A program made the translations under genes and the position numbers. The notes beneath the pieces are model-generated. The model was not told the origin of the DNA and ran no database searches. It worked only from the letters and a program-made list of their open reading frames with translations. A stretch of DNA of 63,942 nucleotides, filler included, from Reticulomyxa filosa (taxonomy: Eukaryota > Protista > Foraminifera): assembly GCA_000512085.1 (NCBI GenBank). It is 27 parts of 27 records of this genome, joined end to end, with 100 filler letters (N's around TTAATTAATTAA, not from the genome) between each part and the next. Parts side by side here need not be neighbours in the genome. Positions count along the whole stretch, not along the records: positions 13,414 to 14,505 come from ASPP01029544.1; positions 14,606 to 15,685 come from ASPP01034414.1; positions 15,786 to 17,619 come from ASPP01005738.1; positions 17,720 to 22,715 come from ASPP01012190.1; positions 22,816 to 23,961 come from ASPP01040383.1; positions 24,062 to 26,800 come from ASPP01002880.1; 21 more parts are not named here. One strand, written 5' to 3'. Of the stretch, positions 13,314 through 25,963 are shown in pieces; positions within the stretch are counted from its first letter, which is position 1, and each line of letters begins with the position of its first letter.

Positions 13314-14028
13314 NNNNNNNNNNNNNNNNNNNNNNNNNNNNNNNNNNNNNNNNNNNNTTAATTAATTAANNNNNNNNNNNNNNNNNNNNNNNNNNNNNNN
13401 NNNNNNNNNNNNNAAAAAATAAAAAAATCAGATATTCGATCATATACCCTACTTTTGTTCATCAAAATTGATAGGTCACAATAATAAGTACGTAGAATTA
13501 CAAAAAAATCATCACGACAGTGGGTAGTCAATTGTTACAACGAGTTTTTAATGTAAAGTACGTATTAGTTTTTTGTTAGCATTTTTTTACTTAAAATTTT
13601 TTTTATTATCATGTTTTTATTTATACTGTATTGTGATCGACAAGCAACAGCAAAAACCATTTCAAATCTAATACTGCAATACTTTGACTATCCAAAAAAA
13701 AGCAAAGAACAATAAAGTTATTAATGATTCAATTTGTGTATTCCTTTTTTCTCGGAATTATCATCAATGGGAAAAATGTTTGATACCAAAGACAAGAAAA
13801 TAGATTAAAAACCACAGGTAAATGTACAACACAATCAATCCAATAATACATTATCAAAGCATGTAAATCTTCAACTTGCTACAATTACAACAAAACCATA
13901 ATTTCTGAACATTCCAGGGGTGGGAATCGGATCAGCAAATACAATTTTTGTTATTTTTTAAAGCTCTGATCTCTTATCAAAAAGTACGACTTTTTTAAAA
14001 AGGTTCCTAACAGAGAGAAGCCAAGTTG

Positions 14029-14487
14029 ATGAACGTCGCTAAAGTTTTGTCTTTAAAGTCAAGATCCTCCAAAGTAGATTTGAAGGAAAAAAAGAGCTTC
14101 GAAAAGAAAGACATGACACCACAATTGCGACTAGTGGCGGAAACACTACAGCGACGGCTGAGTGTGCGTCAATACCGCAGAATACTCCAAGCGAGAGGTA
14201 TCTTCAAACTGATGGAAGAGCTAATGACAACGATAACAGATTCTGAGAATTTTACGCAGCCAAACGAACAAAGTGAAGACGACATTGTGACAAAGAGACA
14301 TCACAAACCGACCTCTTTGCATATCTTTGCAAATGAATTTGTAAGCAAAGCAACATTAGACCAAAACACAAAAAGCTATTTCACCACTTACAGTTATCGA
14401 CTCGTCAACTTTGACGATGGCGCATCTGTAGGCAACAATGACGCCGATGATGTTACAAGTACAAGATCGTACAAAACCTCACTATGA
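14029..14487 (+). CDS. Hypothetical protein with one RPEL-like (G-actin-binding) motif
   Basis: 'ETLQRRLSVRQYRRILQARGIF' follows the RPEL spacing LxxRLxxRPxxxxLxxRGI, with P replaced by Q. Confidence 0.45.
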   Translation: MNVAKVLSLKSRSSKVDLKEKKSFEKKDMTPQLRLVAETLQRRLSVRQYRRILQARGIFKLMEELMTTITDSENFTQPNEQSEDDIVTKRHHKPTSLHIFANEFVSKATLDQNTKSYFTTYSYRLVNFDDGASVGNNDADDVTSTRSYKTSL

Positions 14488-14605
14488 TGACGTATACTAC
14501 TCAACNNNNNNNNNNNNNNNNNNNNNNNNNNNNNNNNNNNNNNNNNNNNTTAATTAATTAANNNNNNNNNNNNNNNNNNNNNNNNNNNNNNNNNNNNNNN
14601 NNNNN

Positions 14606-15685
14606 TCACTATCTTTTAATCCATTTGTCAAACATTTAAAAGCATCATCAAAATGTTTTCCATTTAGATTCACTGTAAGTGTCCCAAGTAATTCTGTACA
14701 TTCCATACGCACATCTGTATTATCATTTCCATCATTAAATATATCCATTAAAGAGTTAAAAACTTTATTCAATTGTTGTTCATTACATTTGTTTGAAATT
14801 ATTTTAAGTAATGCATTCGAAACGAATATTTTGATGTTCATTTTTATCATTTAATTTATCCATAAAATAATTCAATGCAATATTCATTTGTGTTTCATCC
14901 AATCTCTGTGCAATTCTACAAAGTAGATAACATTCATTATCCCCCTTCACAATTTAATCTATTAATGAAATAATTAAAAGCATTATCAAATTGTTCCCCA
15001 GACAATTTCACTTCAATTGTCTCAAGTGCTATATATCTCCAATGATAATCTTTATTAAACATGTCTTTTAAAGAATTGAAAGCATCATTCAATTGTTTTT
15101 CATTCCATTTCATTGAGAGTTCTCCAAGTAATTCTGCACAGTTTTTACGATTATATTCATTTTCCTTTTATCAGATAATCGATTAATTAAACATTGAAAG
15201 ACATCACCCAGTTGTTCTTCTTTCAATTTCATTATAAATTGAGTATAATAATGACAAAAATATGAAGGAGACCCATGAATTAAAAATTGGAATGCATTAT
15301 CTGACTGTTTTCCTCCCAATTGTGATGAAATCGTTGTGATAAATGTTTTGATTTTGATTCTTGTCCTTGAACAAATCCAAATGAATTGATTCGAGGTCAT
15401 TGAGATATTACTGATACGTGGATATTTCTATTTTATCATATTTAATACTTCTTGTTGAATTTCACAAGAAATGATTGGTTGTCCACATTTTAATCCTTCT
15501 CATGCAATTTGAGATAAATAATCCATTTCCATTTTAAATATATTAAATATCTTGTCATCGTTTAATTTATTATTCAATCCATTTGATTTCATCCAATTCC
15601 ATTTCATATAACTTTTCAACAATGTAATAATAATAACAATCCATTGAATTAATAATGCATTTGGTGTCATTTAAATTCCATTGAG
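14606..15685 (-). pseudogene. Degenerate HEAT/ARM-like helical repeat gene
   Basis: Recurrent units such as 'NEQQLNKVFNSLMD', 'KHFDDAFKCLTNGLKD' and 'EEQLGDVFQCLINRLSD' are spread over several frames and interrupted by stops and frameshifts. Confidence 0.7.
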
Positions 15686-16117
15686 NNNNNNNNNNNNNNN
15701 NNNNNNNNNNNNNNNNNNNNNNNNNNNNNTTAATTAATTAANNNNNNNNNNNNNNNNNNNNNNNNNNNNNNNNNNNNNNNNNNNNATATATTTCGAAATA
15801 TCTAGTTGATATTGCTTTGCTTTCTAGATCTTGATAATCTTTCGCGATAGTCGTCGATGATGATATAGATTTATTTTTATTTATTTTTTTTCCTGAGAGG
15901 TTTGGTTATTGTTACATAATTGTCTTTTTTTTAATAAAACTATTTCAGAAAATATCTATTATTTAGTGTCATGTCCTATTTTGGACCACGTACTTTTTCA
16001 ATTTGCTTTTGTTATACTTTGGCAGTGCTAATAACAATGAAGCAAGGGATAGTCTAACACCTTCACGCCTCACAGTGCAAAAGCTTCAAAAAAAACAAGC
16101 AGGATTCCATCCAATCT

Positions 16118-16480
16118 GAATGGGTTCCGTCCAATACAACTATCGTCAATTTAAATTCATGTCTCGTGTTATACCACGACTGTAATTCATACTGGAATTC
16201 AACAACGATCTATATTAATTATTTACAGACAGTGTCTATCAACCCATTCAGTGTTGATGTTTGTTGATGGTGTGAAATATCTTGATTGTTTCTTGATTCA
16301 AGCATATTAATTGCGTGCATGGTAAAGCGGCGAGGAAACTTGGATATTTGACATATTATATTCATACAAATGTGTCAAGTTTATTCAAGTGTATAATTAT
16401 TCGTCCAGCATCGAGTATGCATCGTCATTTCGGAATGGTGCAGCGGATATTATAAGAGACTATTGGAAAAGATACAATGT
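16118..16480 (+). mobile_element. Degraded non-LTR (LINE-like) retrotransposon reverse transcriptase remnant
   Basis: Frameshifted fragments 'VDGVKYL/LFLDSS', 'VHGKAARKLGYL' and 'LFKCIIIRPA/EYASSF.NGA/KRLLEKIQ' correspond to RT domain 7 and the thumb region (KYLG..D; Y...IRP.LEYA..W; LE.IQ). Confidence 0.65.
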
Positions 16481-18318
16481 GTCGGATTCAGTAAATGCTA
16501 TTTCCCAATTTCATTGTCACAAGTGTATCAAATGATCATGTTGATTCAATAGTCATAATCTTGTGTTAGCATCAAAATTTGGAATAAATCAAAACAAAAG
16601 ACTTATTTGAATTATATCTAATTGATTTGTAAAATGTCGATACTGGAGTGCCGACAGTCGAACTAAATCCACATGCAATCACAAATACTTCACCAATCCA
16701 AATAGCAATGATGCCACAATTCAATAAATCACTTTTTACGATATATCGCAAGACAAAATCCGAAGAAATTTCAATTTGTGAAAATTTTTTTTTATAGTGA
16801 TATAAAGATTTTTTATAGTCTCTGGATTTTGTAATTGTGAATTGGAGTGACTTCTTTCATTTTGTTATTGTTTTCGGCAACATCTTTTGTTGCAATTTAT
16901 TTTGGGGGTTTTCGTCGTCGGTTCAGCATCTAGTGTGGTGTGTGACTTTGAGAGTTGGAAGTGCTTTAAAACTTCCAGGTATATTTGCATCAGTTACTTT
17001 AAGAGTAACAAGGTGCAAACTACTGATCACCGGAATAGTAATCCTTTTACTGGAAACGGGCTGCTTGCGGGGAAGATCGAACATTGCTTGCCTTTGAGAA
17101 TTTGCAATCTCGAGGCAATACCCAGTTTTTTATATTTGGAAAAACTCCGATGGTCCGGTAACTTCTACGAACTTCGGGCAAAACAGAAATCCATTCGCTG
17201 ATAACAAGGCTTGTGAAGGCGATCCGGACCGCCATGGTAAGGTGTTTTTACACTAATCGGCTATACTGCAAACATGTTGGGAGAAAATGAAATTGAATCA
17301 AGAATAGTATGTCAGATATATTAACTATACTTCCGAGCATGTCTGCCACTAGTGAACTATTAAATATCGGTATGCATGGTGGAATCAATTATAGTATATA
17401 AATACTAAATTACAGGATATTAAATCCACAAAATTATGCAATACCAACGGATAAAAACAAGATGGACATTGGCAATAATAACGCTAAAAGAAGTGCAACA
17501 AAAAGGAAAACACCAGGTGGATTAATGTATGTTGATTTGAAGAAGGCAAAGTATCATCGATCAGACTTGCAAGTCGTTGTGTCAAATTCAAATGTACAAC
17601 ACAATGACGAAAAGACAGCNNNNNNNNNNNNNNNNNNNNNNNNNNNNNNNNNNNNNNNNNNNNTTAATTAATTAANNNNNNNNNNNNNNNNNNNNNNNNN
17701 NNNNNNNNNNNNNNNNNNNTTTTTTTTTTCGAAATGCAGAAAATGCATACACGAAACAGATTTCTTCTTTTTTGCTATAGAAAAGAAACGCGTACGTCCA
17801 ATAACTCACATGTACTAACTTTTTCCCCTTTGTAATTCAATATAAGAATTTTTGCGCGTAGACATTTTATTTTAAATAAACATCAAAATATATTTCAGTT
17901 TTTTAGATAGTGTAAAGGAGTCTGTCTGTGTTGCCACAGCGTTTTTGCTTAAACTTTGAAAAACTGCAGTGCTCGAAAAAAAGCAAAAAAGCAGTAGCAA
18001 CAACTACTAAACTGTGTGGTCAAACTAACAAAGTCCAAAGAATGGAACGACGTCTGTCTCCAAATGTCTCAACAGTTGTGGTATTTCCCCACCTCTACGT
18101 CACTAGAAAGTCAGCTCGTCAAGTTTGCTCGTCTTACTTTGTTTTAGAACATAAGATCAAATTGCTATTATAAAGTGGATCAATGATTATAAGATTGGAA
18201 ATAGCACGTTAACTTTCAACATACAATCAAATGATCAACTAACATTACGTCCATGCACCACATTTTTAAAAAAAAAAAAAAAGCAAAAGCGTTAGCAAAT
18301 CTCAACACGTTTTTTAGT

Positions 18319-18830
18319 ATGGACGAAGAAGTGGGAATGACAGATACCAACTTTGGAAGTGAGAATGTTCCACAAGTAGTGTTTTCGCTTATTGTTGGAA
18401 GACCCAAACAAAAGATATGCCAGGACAAAAAAAAGATGTATATTGGAGATGGTGCAAATAAAAGAAATATTCTAGGATTAATGGTTAAAAAAAAAAAAGT
18501 GAAAACGAAATAACTCTACGCTTTAAAAATGAAATCAATAAATGTACATTACATACATATCTAAGTTACAATGAGATATCAGTTAACCCTAAAAGCAAAC
18601 GAGTGAAATGATGCAGACTATGTTTGGTACCTTCAATATCCCTGTAATAACTGTGCATATTCAAGTAGTATAATCTTTATACTAAAAGAGCAATGGATCA
18701 TAATATAGAAAAAAGATTCGCACATATTGCCAAAGATTATCAATCTGAACTAAAGAAAAGCAAATGTATCAAATGACATTGAAAAAATATTAAAAACTGC
18801 CTAATTACCATTGGGTCTGAACAAATTTGA
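18319..18830 (+). pseudogene. Actin (or Arp) pseudogene, internally deleted
   Basis: Colinear actin blocks: 'GMTDTNFGSENVPQVVFSLIVGRPK..MYIGDGANKRNILGL', 'NPK..MMQTMFGTFNIPVITVHIQVV*SLY' and 'ITIGSEQ', with stops, frameshifts and large deletions. Confidence 0.8.
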
Positions 18831-19219
18831 TATTCTGAAGTATCACTTTAACACAAAATGTGAGTTATTCGATTAAATAAACCGCTTATGTGGTTAAAAG
18901 AGATGACAAAATATTTTTTTAATTTCACAAACCCATTGGTCATATCATTCTTTATCTTTTTTTCGCAATTGTAAAAAATATTTTATTTTCAGTTGCTAAA
19001 AAGGGCTGCTATATTAACGCTACTTATTTTGAACCAAGAATAGTGCAAATAAATGGCTGAAGCAATAATTTATCTCAAAAGTGACAGCAAATAATAATAG
19101 CATTATTTTTTGTGTCCTGAAATGATTTTTAAAAATTTCGAATGAGTTCGTAATTTTTAACAAAATTTTGAAATTTTTTTAAAAATATTTTTTTGTAATG
19201 TTTTTAGTATTTTGCTGAT

Positions 19220-19805
19220 TTTCCTTGTGTATTGATTAAAGCTTCAGCATTGGATCAACTAGAGCTTAACATAGTTTAGTGTCAGTTTTTTCCCATATTT
19301 TTTCAAATTTTTCCCAAAGTTATTGTTTGTTGTTAATTTTTTATACTTTATATAATTTTACTTTAATTATCAACCAAATGCTATCAATTTATTTAGGTCT
19401 GGTGAATTATTAGTAAAATTTATCATTAATATTATTTTCTTTAAACAAATTCATTATTTTTTTAGTTTTGTGACATGATGAATCTTTTATGACATGCCAG
19501 ATCCAACTTTTCTTTTTAATGTTCCATTACACTTATATGACTATAGCTAAAATCGAAGCTATACTTATATTAAATTTATTTGCTATATATCGAATGCTAG
19601 ATCCAACAACTAGCATACTAACAGCAACTACTTTCTTAAAAGCACTTAAATGTTAAATATCAAAATTTTGAAATGTCAATAAAAATATCAACAATAAAGA
19701 AAATTAAAAAAAAAATTATGTTTAAATCTTATTTTTAATGGAGAAAATCGATTCTATTCATATAATGCCATTTAGTTATGTCTGTTTTTTTTGCAATTTA
19801 CTGTA
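19220..19805 (-). mobile_element. Internally deleted Tc1/mariner DNA transposon remnant
   Basis: The minus strand gives an HTH 'GSSIRYIANKFNISIASI...GTLKRKVGSG' fused to the DDE C-terminal part 'DSSCHKTKKIMNLFKENNI...NSPDLNK...IWLIIK...LWEKFEKIW'. A Tc1-type end ACTG|TA lies at 19800-19805. Confidence 0.7.
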
Positions 19806-20839
19806 TAATTATGTATTAATACAATTAAGAAATTTATTTTTAAATATATGAACTTATTTACTCTTTATATGTAATCAATATACACAATATCTTGTTATAT
19901 TTACATATTGTCTTTATTCTAATTGATCTTTTCACTACATTCATTACACAATATGTACAAACAATATTAGTTTTTGATAATTTTAGATTCAGTTGTTTAT
20001 TACATTTTAAATTATATTTTATAATTTATTGAAATAATTAACATTTATAACTGATCTATTTCCATATTTCGTTTTTGTATTTTAATTGTCAATTATAACA
20101 AATATGTACTAATATTGAACGTAATTCGAAAATGATTATAATAATATCAAATTTATCACATCATTAATATAATTTATACATAAATTCGATATATAATTGA
20201 ACATATTGAAATATCAATTGAAAATTTCACGTAATTTATTCTCCAAGTTAATTATAATGTATTCAATCTATGTATTTTATTTTTTTCCAGACAGTTCAAA
20301 TATATTTTTCCGTAATTGATATTTTACTTTTGTTGCTGTTATTGTAAATAACAGAATTTGTTACTTGATCATTATGTTCAAATTTTCATTTTTTTCCTTT
20401 TTCGTTTAATTCTTATTTGATGTCTTCGTTTATATTTTGTTTTGCATAATACAAAATTAATAATAATTTTTTTAACTTATTTGTACTTGATCATTTTCTT
20501 TATCTTATGTCATATTGTTGGCTTTTTGTTTGTAATAATTTGCATAGATTATTATGTTTACAATCAGATTACATGTTTATCATTCCAATAATTACAATAC
20601 TGTTGTATTACATTATAGTTTGCAGAAAGTTCAATAATAATATGATATAGTGTTCCTGATATTTCACGTAAGATTGATAAAATATCAATCAAAATATATA
20701 GTGATATTTAATCAAATATGAAGATGAAAGCACTATATCGTGAGAAAGTATGAACCGGAGCTGGGATACTTCAATATGTTATGATTATTAATATTAAACT
20801 ATTTTTTTTAAGTTGTAATGTTGCATGTATTATTGAAAG

Positions 20840-22670
20840 CTATTGCAAGTTGTCATTGTTTATGTTGTCCCTTATTTGCTGATTTTGTCCAGTTCTAACA
20901 ATGAGTGGATTAACCCAAGGCAGCAATGAATAAAAGAAAGCCACAACAGGGTGTTGTTGCAAAATAGTATTTCCTTGTTCGATTTGTCTTTGCAGAATTT
21001 GTGGCAAATCAACATTTTGGATGTTGTTGAAGATGTTATTATTTATTGGATTATTATTGGCAAGCAATTGCTGCAAGTTTGGAATTCTAGCCGCTCCCAT
21101 AGCTTCGGGTAAAGCATCTAAAGGAAGCGTAGTGATGACATCGCTGAAATCATTCAAGTCTAACATACGAAAACGTTGATGATTCGCTTTTTCATCATAC
21201 ATCGAAGCAGGTATAGACGTCAATGGAGCCAAGTTTTCTTGGTCAAGGCCAGTGTCGTTTGAATGCGAAAGTGTGGAGTGATTGTTGTTTGAGGACGGAA
21301 ATGACAGTGGACGGTCCAATCTTTCCAAAACAAATACACAGTGTTTGTGCAGCCAATCCAACACATCGCTACCTTTCCACAACACATGACATCTCTCCGC
21401 GTAGATATCACACAATTTCCCCAAACTGCCTACCTCTTGGCGTCTGTGATATTATGATTGTAAGATATACACATATACATATGAGTACATATACATATAA
21501 AATATATATATATATATGTATATATATATATTTGCATTGCAAATATCAACTTTCATCAGATATAAGTTGGTTACTTCACCTCAATTTCGCATCGATGAAA
21601 AACTTGTGGGCCATGATGGTCTGCCATTTGTGCTCTTGTGCCAAGCGAGGTTCGACTTTGACGAGGAGCGGTGCGATGACTTCGGGGAACATGAGAATGG
21701 CTTGCTGCAGCAACATGCTGCTGGAAACGAGGAACAAGTTGGGCTTGGACGAAGACGACTCGAGCAAGGGCACTTTGGAACGGTCCATCTGTCCAGGTGC
21801 AATGTCGCAACTAATGCAAGATTGTTTCGCTTTTTTTTGTGCTTTTTTCAAGCTCTGTTTGTCTTCAATGCATTCCTTTTCCAGCTTGTACTTGGCCAAA
21901 GCGCAACTGAAGCACCAATTGGGCAGCATCCGAACACTGGCTTGCGTGTCGCAATCCAAAATCCAATGATTGGCAAATGACAAGATCCACACCCAGTCAT
22001 AGCATCGAAGTGCCCAATAATCCACACATAGCAATGTGCACAATGGATCTCGCGAAGGAGATAAACTCAACAAATATTTGGTCAATTCGAATGCTTACAA
22101 TTCAAACATATATAAGTTTGCTATTATTATTATTATTATTGTTATTTATTTAAAAAAAAAAAAAAAAAGGTTACCCGTGTGAACACAGCCTCTTCGACCA
22201 ACATTTTGAGAATACTTCCAAAGTGCATAATAAAAGGATCGATTGGAGGGGATGTCATAGCACAGACGCAATTGCACTTCAGAAGAAGAAGAAGAAGAAG
22301 ATGAAGAATTGTCTTCATTGCGGAAATAGCGTAGCATTTGCGGATGAAAAGCTCGTTCCAAGCGATACAAACAGCGCTCGATCAAGTCGCTTGCCTCTTC
22401 CAAACGTCCGATTTGCGTCATGTAGTTGCTCACACTAAGCAAGGTATCGATGTGATAAGGGTATTTCCCTAACAAGTGGAGCATGTCATTGGGGTCGTTT
22501 GTGGATACTTTCTCTTTGTACTCTCGCTGCGCGTATTCAAACAAGCCGTCCCATTCAAACGAAAAGTATTTGTAGCGATTCTCCACCTCCGCGTACAGTC
22601 TCATGAACAAATTGCCACTTTGTCTCGAAAGCGATTCATATGGCAAAGGCCATTGATTATTGTTATTGAA
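20840..22670 (-). CDS. TCF25: TCF25/Rqc1 ribosome quality-control factor (DUF654), spliced, 5' truncated
   Basis: 'PYHIDTLLSVS...ASDLIERCLYRLERAFHP', 'NRSFYYALWKY...RRGC' and 'LLSLSPSRDPLCTLLCVDYWALR...LPNWCFSCALA' are found across ORFs 22146..22646, 21576..22085 and 20840..21424. Confidence 0.9.
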
Positions 22671-24061
22671 CTTTATGAGTTCCCCTTTTTTTTTTTTTTT
22701 TTTTTAAAAAAAAAANNNNNNNNNNNNNNNNNNNNNNNNNNNNNNNNNNNNNNNNNNNNTTAATTAATTAANNNNNNNNNNNNNNNNNNNNNNNNNNNNN
22801 NNNNNNNNNNNNNNNACAAGATCCGTCAGAAGTAAACACAAGGTTGCTTTGTCTATATGCGCAACCCATAAGGTTTAAAAATTAATAATAAAAGAAGAAA
22901 AAATAAAACGCGACTTAAAATTTTCCAGAGACCTGTCCGTTATAGTTCAGTTTAGGATGGTTACATCTTGAGCAAATGAACACTTTTCTGTAGTCTTTGT
23001 TTTGAAAACCATAATATTGTTGTTCGAGTGACTTTCATCATATGGCAAATCATCGTCTTTATTTTGTAAGTGTGAAATGTAGAATAGCTCAAATTTTCTG
23101 ATATGACATTGAGATTTGCATTTTGTAAAAGTGCAACAACGGCACAAAAACTAAAGAAATGACAGCAGAATACTCCTCCATAATGACAAGAGTATCATAG
23201 CGATGCAAGATAATGCCACCAGCCACACAGCAATTATAGCAAAAGTAGTTTGAACAAAATGATATCAAACTATCGAATTTCAATCTAAATTCTCGGACCT
23301 GAACAAATCGAAAATCTGCAGTGGATAGTGAAAACAAAAATAATCAAAAGTAGATCATTCAGATCAAAAAAAGAACTACATAAATAATTTAAATTAAAAT
23401 AAAACTTGTTTAACATTTGACAAAAAAAAGCAAAAAGAATTATAAATAAATGAAAAAAGTTAGTTACAAAATACCAATCATTTGAAAAATTTTTAATAAA
23501 AAAACAATTAAATAGATAAACAAACCAAATGTCAGAAAGAAGTAATTTTTTGGTTTTAAAGCTATACGTGTTTTGTCACATATTTTTAAAATTAATTTAG
23601 TTTTTATTGAAGTTGTTAAAAAGTGACTTGTCTTGATACAATTGTGTTTTTGATATATTTCAATTTCAAAAGAGCATTTGTTGTAAAAAATCAAAAACAA
23701 AAAACTTTTTTTTTAGAAAGATTATATAAATTATTGAGCTTTTTTTACTCTCTGGTTCCAATATGCCACAAAAAAGTCGGAGAATTGAGGAAATACCAAT
23801 CAGTAGCAGTAGTAAGAAACTGACAACAAAGGAGTTGTACTGTACGCAAGTTTTGGCAATCTTGAGCTAATAATTTGTTATCAGATTATTCAATATTTGT
23901 AGATAATTTTTTGTATAATGTACAGTAGGTTGCAAAGAAAACTGAACGCATAAAACATATCNNNNNNNNNNNNNNNNNNNNNNNNNNNNNNNNNNNNNNN
24001 NNNNNTTAATTAATTAANNNNNNNNNNNNNNNNNNNNNNNNNNNNNNNNNNNNNNNNNNNN

Positions 24062-24685
24062 TTCTTCTTCTTCTTCTTCTTCTTCTTCTTCATTTCTGTT
24101 TTCATTTTCATTCATTGTTTCACTTGTTATTTCATTTTCATTTTCATTTTCGTTTATCTTTTCACTTATCATTTCATTTTTATTAATTTTATCATTTCCA
24201 CTTTCATTTGCATTGCCATTGTTCAATTCATTCCAACGTGCATAAAATACCTTATATTTATTATGAATTTCTTTGTATTGTTTTGTCAATGTCTCCAATT
24301 CCATTGTGTTATTTTTTATTGCTTCTTTTTGATCTTCTCTTTCACTCTGCTCATTACGTTGCATTGACTCTGTCCATTGCTTCAATTTTGATTCACATAC
24401 GTGAATGCGCTCATGCATACTTCGCAAAAACGCTTTGTCAATTGCCCCTATCGGAATTTTGGGGGGGGGCTTGCTGGGAGGAGGCTTGCTCATTTTTCGC
24501 TTTGGCTCGTCTGTTCTCCTTATTTTGCGCTCCAAATTGTATTCGAGTTCTTTTAGAGCACGCGTCAATTCACTTTGCTGGTCGTACAATGAAAGCATTG
24601 AGACCTGCTCAAAGGCGGACTGAACATCCACTGAAGCCTTTTTTGGTAAGTTTCGTTGATAAGAAGAGCGAGAGGTCTCCTCCAT
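24062..24685 (-). CDS. Coiled-coil protein with Pro-rich segment, unknown function (3' truncated)
   Basis: Open frame from ATG 24685, with heptad-rich segments, 'KPPPSKPPPKIP' and an acidic tail running into the gap. Confidence 0.6.
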
Positions 24686-25099
24686 TGATTTGATAATAAC
24701 AAGTTCAATCAAAAAAAGGTGCCACGCGTTCAAACACAGTACACTAACTTTTTTCTTTTTTTCTAAAACAAAGAATTTTCAACAGTTTCAAGATTATTTT
24801 AGAAACAAATACCTCCAATTCACTAAATCAAAAGATACAAATAAATTCAACACAAATTTTGAGTAAAAATATATCATAAACATTGCTTCGTATCATGTAA
24901 AAAAAAAAAACGTTAAAAATCTGCTGTTCATTAATTTTTTTGAGCAAAACTTGTTTATTGTATTTCTGACTGTTACCAAACCAAATTTTCTTTTCTTACG
25001 ACTCTTTAATCAATCGTACAACTTTCAAAATTTTTGTATTGATTTTTTGTATTTCGGTAACTCCCTCGTAAAACTACAAAATACTATCATCACTGTAAA

Positions 25100-25963
25100 A
25101 TGGGACTTACTGCAAGTTCAAATTTTCCTTGGACAGAGACACAAAAAAGTGAAGAAGAAAAGAGCAATGAAGCGGCATTGAACTGGCAAAAATGTTCATC
25201 ATTAATAATAAAAAAAGCAAGCGATTTGCGAGAGACCCGTTTTTCTTCTGATGTTGCACAACGTTTAGACACAGATGAAGATATGGGATATTGTGAAAAG
25301 TATCGTTTGAATACGCAGCAGCGACAATTTTCAGTAAATAAGGAGTTAAATTGTCGAATATATTTGATGCACGGAGACATAACTACGTATCCAGTGACGT
25401 ATATTGTGAATGCAGCCAGACCATCATTGTTGGGCGGAGGAGGAATTGACAAAGCAATACATAAAAAATCGGGCGAAGATTTAAAGAAATGTTGCAAGCA
25501 AATGTATTCACAAGGCTGTCGTCATGGCGATTGCAAAGTGACTCCATCTTTTGGAGACTTAAAGTCAATCTGTCAATATGTGATTCATTGTGTAGGACCA
25601 AATCGAGACCTTCATAAAGAAGAAGAAGCGGAAATATTACTGAAACGGTGTTATTTGCAATGTTTAAAAACTGCTTTTGAAAATGTGACAAACACAAGTG
25701 CAAATGCAAATCGTGTTTCAATTAGTCTTCCTTGCATCTCTACTGGTGCGTATCGCTTTCCAAATCGCAAGGCTTGCCATATTGCCTTGCACTCGATACG
25801 AGATTGGCTTGACGATATCTTTCAACGTAAACTGCAACAAAAAGATACTACATCGAGCCCATCTGTCTTTGACAAAATTGATAAAATTGTTCTTGTATGT
25901 TTTCTTCCTTTAGATTTTTTACACTACGGAGAACTTCTTCCGTTCTATTTTCCTGTACACTAA
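25100..25963 (+). CDS. MacroD-type macrodomain protein (ADP-ribose glycohydrolase / O-acetyl-ADP-ribose deacetylase-like)
   Basis: 'GDITTYPVTYIVNAARPSLLGGGGIDKAIH', 'YVIHCVGP' and 'LPCISTGAYRFP'. Single intact 287-aa ORF. Confidence 0.92.
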   Translation: MGLTASSNFPWTETQKSEEEKSNEAALNWQKCSSLIIKKASDLRETRFSSDVAQRLDTDEDMGYCEKYRLNTQQRQFSVNKELNCRIYLMHGDITTYPVTYIVNAARPSLLGGGGIDKAIHKKSGEDLKKCCKQMYSQGCRHGDCKVTPSFGDLKSICQYVIHCVGPNRDLHKEEEAEILLKRCYLQCLKTAFENVTNTSANANRVSISLPCISTGAYRFPNRKACHIALHSIRDWLDDIFQRKLQQKDTTSSPSVFDKIDKIVLVCFLPLDFLHYGELLPFYFPVH

